Part shown: positions 63,294 through 64,000 of the stretch, in pieces
Position numbering within the stretch: position 1 is the stretch's first letter
Layout of the letters: the number at the start of each line of letters is the position of its first letter
Assembly: GCA_963789265.1 (NCBI GenBank)
Contig: CAWBKB010000001.1
Coordinates: 2,304,001 to 2,368,000, forward strand
Direction: 5' to 3'
Length of the DNA stretch: 64,000 nt
Source: an uncultured delta proteobacterium
Lineage (GTDB): Bacteria; Desulfobacterota; Desulfomonilia; Desulfomonilales; Desulfomonilaceae
Notes under the pieces: model-generated
Seen by the model: only the letters and a program-made list of their open reading frames with translations
The model's database searches: none
Told to the model about the DNA's origin: nothing
Made by a program: the position numbers and the translations under genes

Positions 63294-63530
63294 TTAAGAA
63301 GACAACCAGTTCAAGATTTCTGATTCCTTGGGTACTTTGCCGGCCACCTTGACTTCGCCATCTACTACCAAGCCAGGAGTCATGAAAACACCGTGTTGGG
63401 CAATCACCTTGAGATCCTGGACATAAAACACTTCCGCATCCAAACCATGCTGCTTGACTACGTCCTGAACCAGGTCGTAGAGTTTGTGGCATTTTGCTCA
63501 GCCCACGCCTAAAACTTCTACCTTCTTCAT
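63294..63530 (-). CDS. Selenocysteine-containing Thioredoxin_3 protein (UxxC), absent from ORF track
   Basis: SD ggagg; MKKVEVLGVG-TGA-AKCHKL...MTPGLVVDGEVKVAGKVP...WLSS*; TGA at 63498-63500 in the first Cys position. Confidence 0.88.
63458..63480 (-). promoter_or_regulatory. Putative bacterial SECIS hairpin
   Basis: CTACG-A-CCTG-GTT-CAGG-A-CGTAG starting 18 nt after the in-frame TGA; G at the start of the loop. Confidence 0.7.
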
Positions 63531-63672
63531 TAAGTCCTCCGTTCGTGACACCGCAACAGCGGTTTTGTTTTATTATACCTTGAGCGATCGCAATTCCCGC
63601 GATTCGTGCTCATCTTTTTTTCTGTACAGGCCAAGACACCGGATCTGATCCGCACAGAACTATAACGGCCGC

Positions 63673-63999
63673 TCACCCCTGAGTGCCGGCGCGACGTAAA
63701 ACATATCCCTCCGCTCCCTGTGCAATTTCTTCGGCCAACGCAAACTCCTCCGTACTTAGCTCACCTAGTTCAAATGATGCTCCCAGCGCTTCGCTCAGCC
63801 CTTCTTTGATCGCTGCGCCTACCTCGTTAGGCCCTACGTGTACTCCCAAAATTTCCCCTATGGAGGTGACTTTCCTGCGAAGTTCCAGACGAAACATTTC
63901 TAGAGAATGACCGTCAGACAAAAAAATTTCGGCCAGACAATCAATCTGAGGTTCAATTGCCAGCGAACCGTGCTGGAGGACAGAAGAGCCAATCCAGGT
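63673..63999 (-). CDS. C-terminus of lipoate-protein ligase (LplA/LipM) family protein (truncated by window)
   Basis: Hand translation TWIGSSVLQHGSLAI...; LQHGS motif and GELSTEE tail. Confidence 0.75.
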   Translation of the reverse strand, partial: TWIGSSVLQHGSLAIEPQIDCLAEIFLSDGHSLEMFRLELRRKVTSIGEILGVHVGPNEVGAAIKEGLSEALGASFELGELSTEEFALAEEIAQGAEGYVLRRAGTQG

Positions 64000-64000
64000 C

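Overview
A gene-dense window from an anaerobic, probably Desulfobacterota-like bacterium (inferred from gene content only). It holds: (i) a minus-strand operon behind a candidate sigma54 promoter, encoding an HTH-REC regulator, a divergent MetF, NuoG-like, NuoE-like and NuoF-GltD-fusion subunits, MetV, MetF and a PAS kinase, which may be an NAD(P)H-coupled methylene-THF reductase complex; (ii) a cytoplasmic three-gene molybdopterin enzyme with acetylene-hydratase-like motifs; (iii) an intact IS621-like IS110 element whose non-coding end carries bridge-RNA guides matching its own target and donor junctions; (iv) TetR-regulated catabolic genes, a haloalkane dehalogenase, a Cya2-like cyclase and an RND pump; (v) an arsenic/thiol-redox island (ArsC, CoA-disulfide reductase-like, Cys-rich ABC system, ArsR, Acr3, thioredoxins, CcdA) ending in a UxxC selenoprotein with a SECIS-like hairpin that the ORF track missed. 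Intergenic DNA is full of REP-like palindromes, MITEs nested in them, and a repeat derived from the 3' end of a RAYT-like transposase. About ten otherwise intact genes carry short frameshifts, probably assembly errors. No rRNA, tRNA or CRISPR array was seen. All family assignments come from motif recognition, not database searches.
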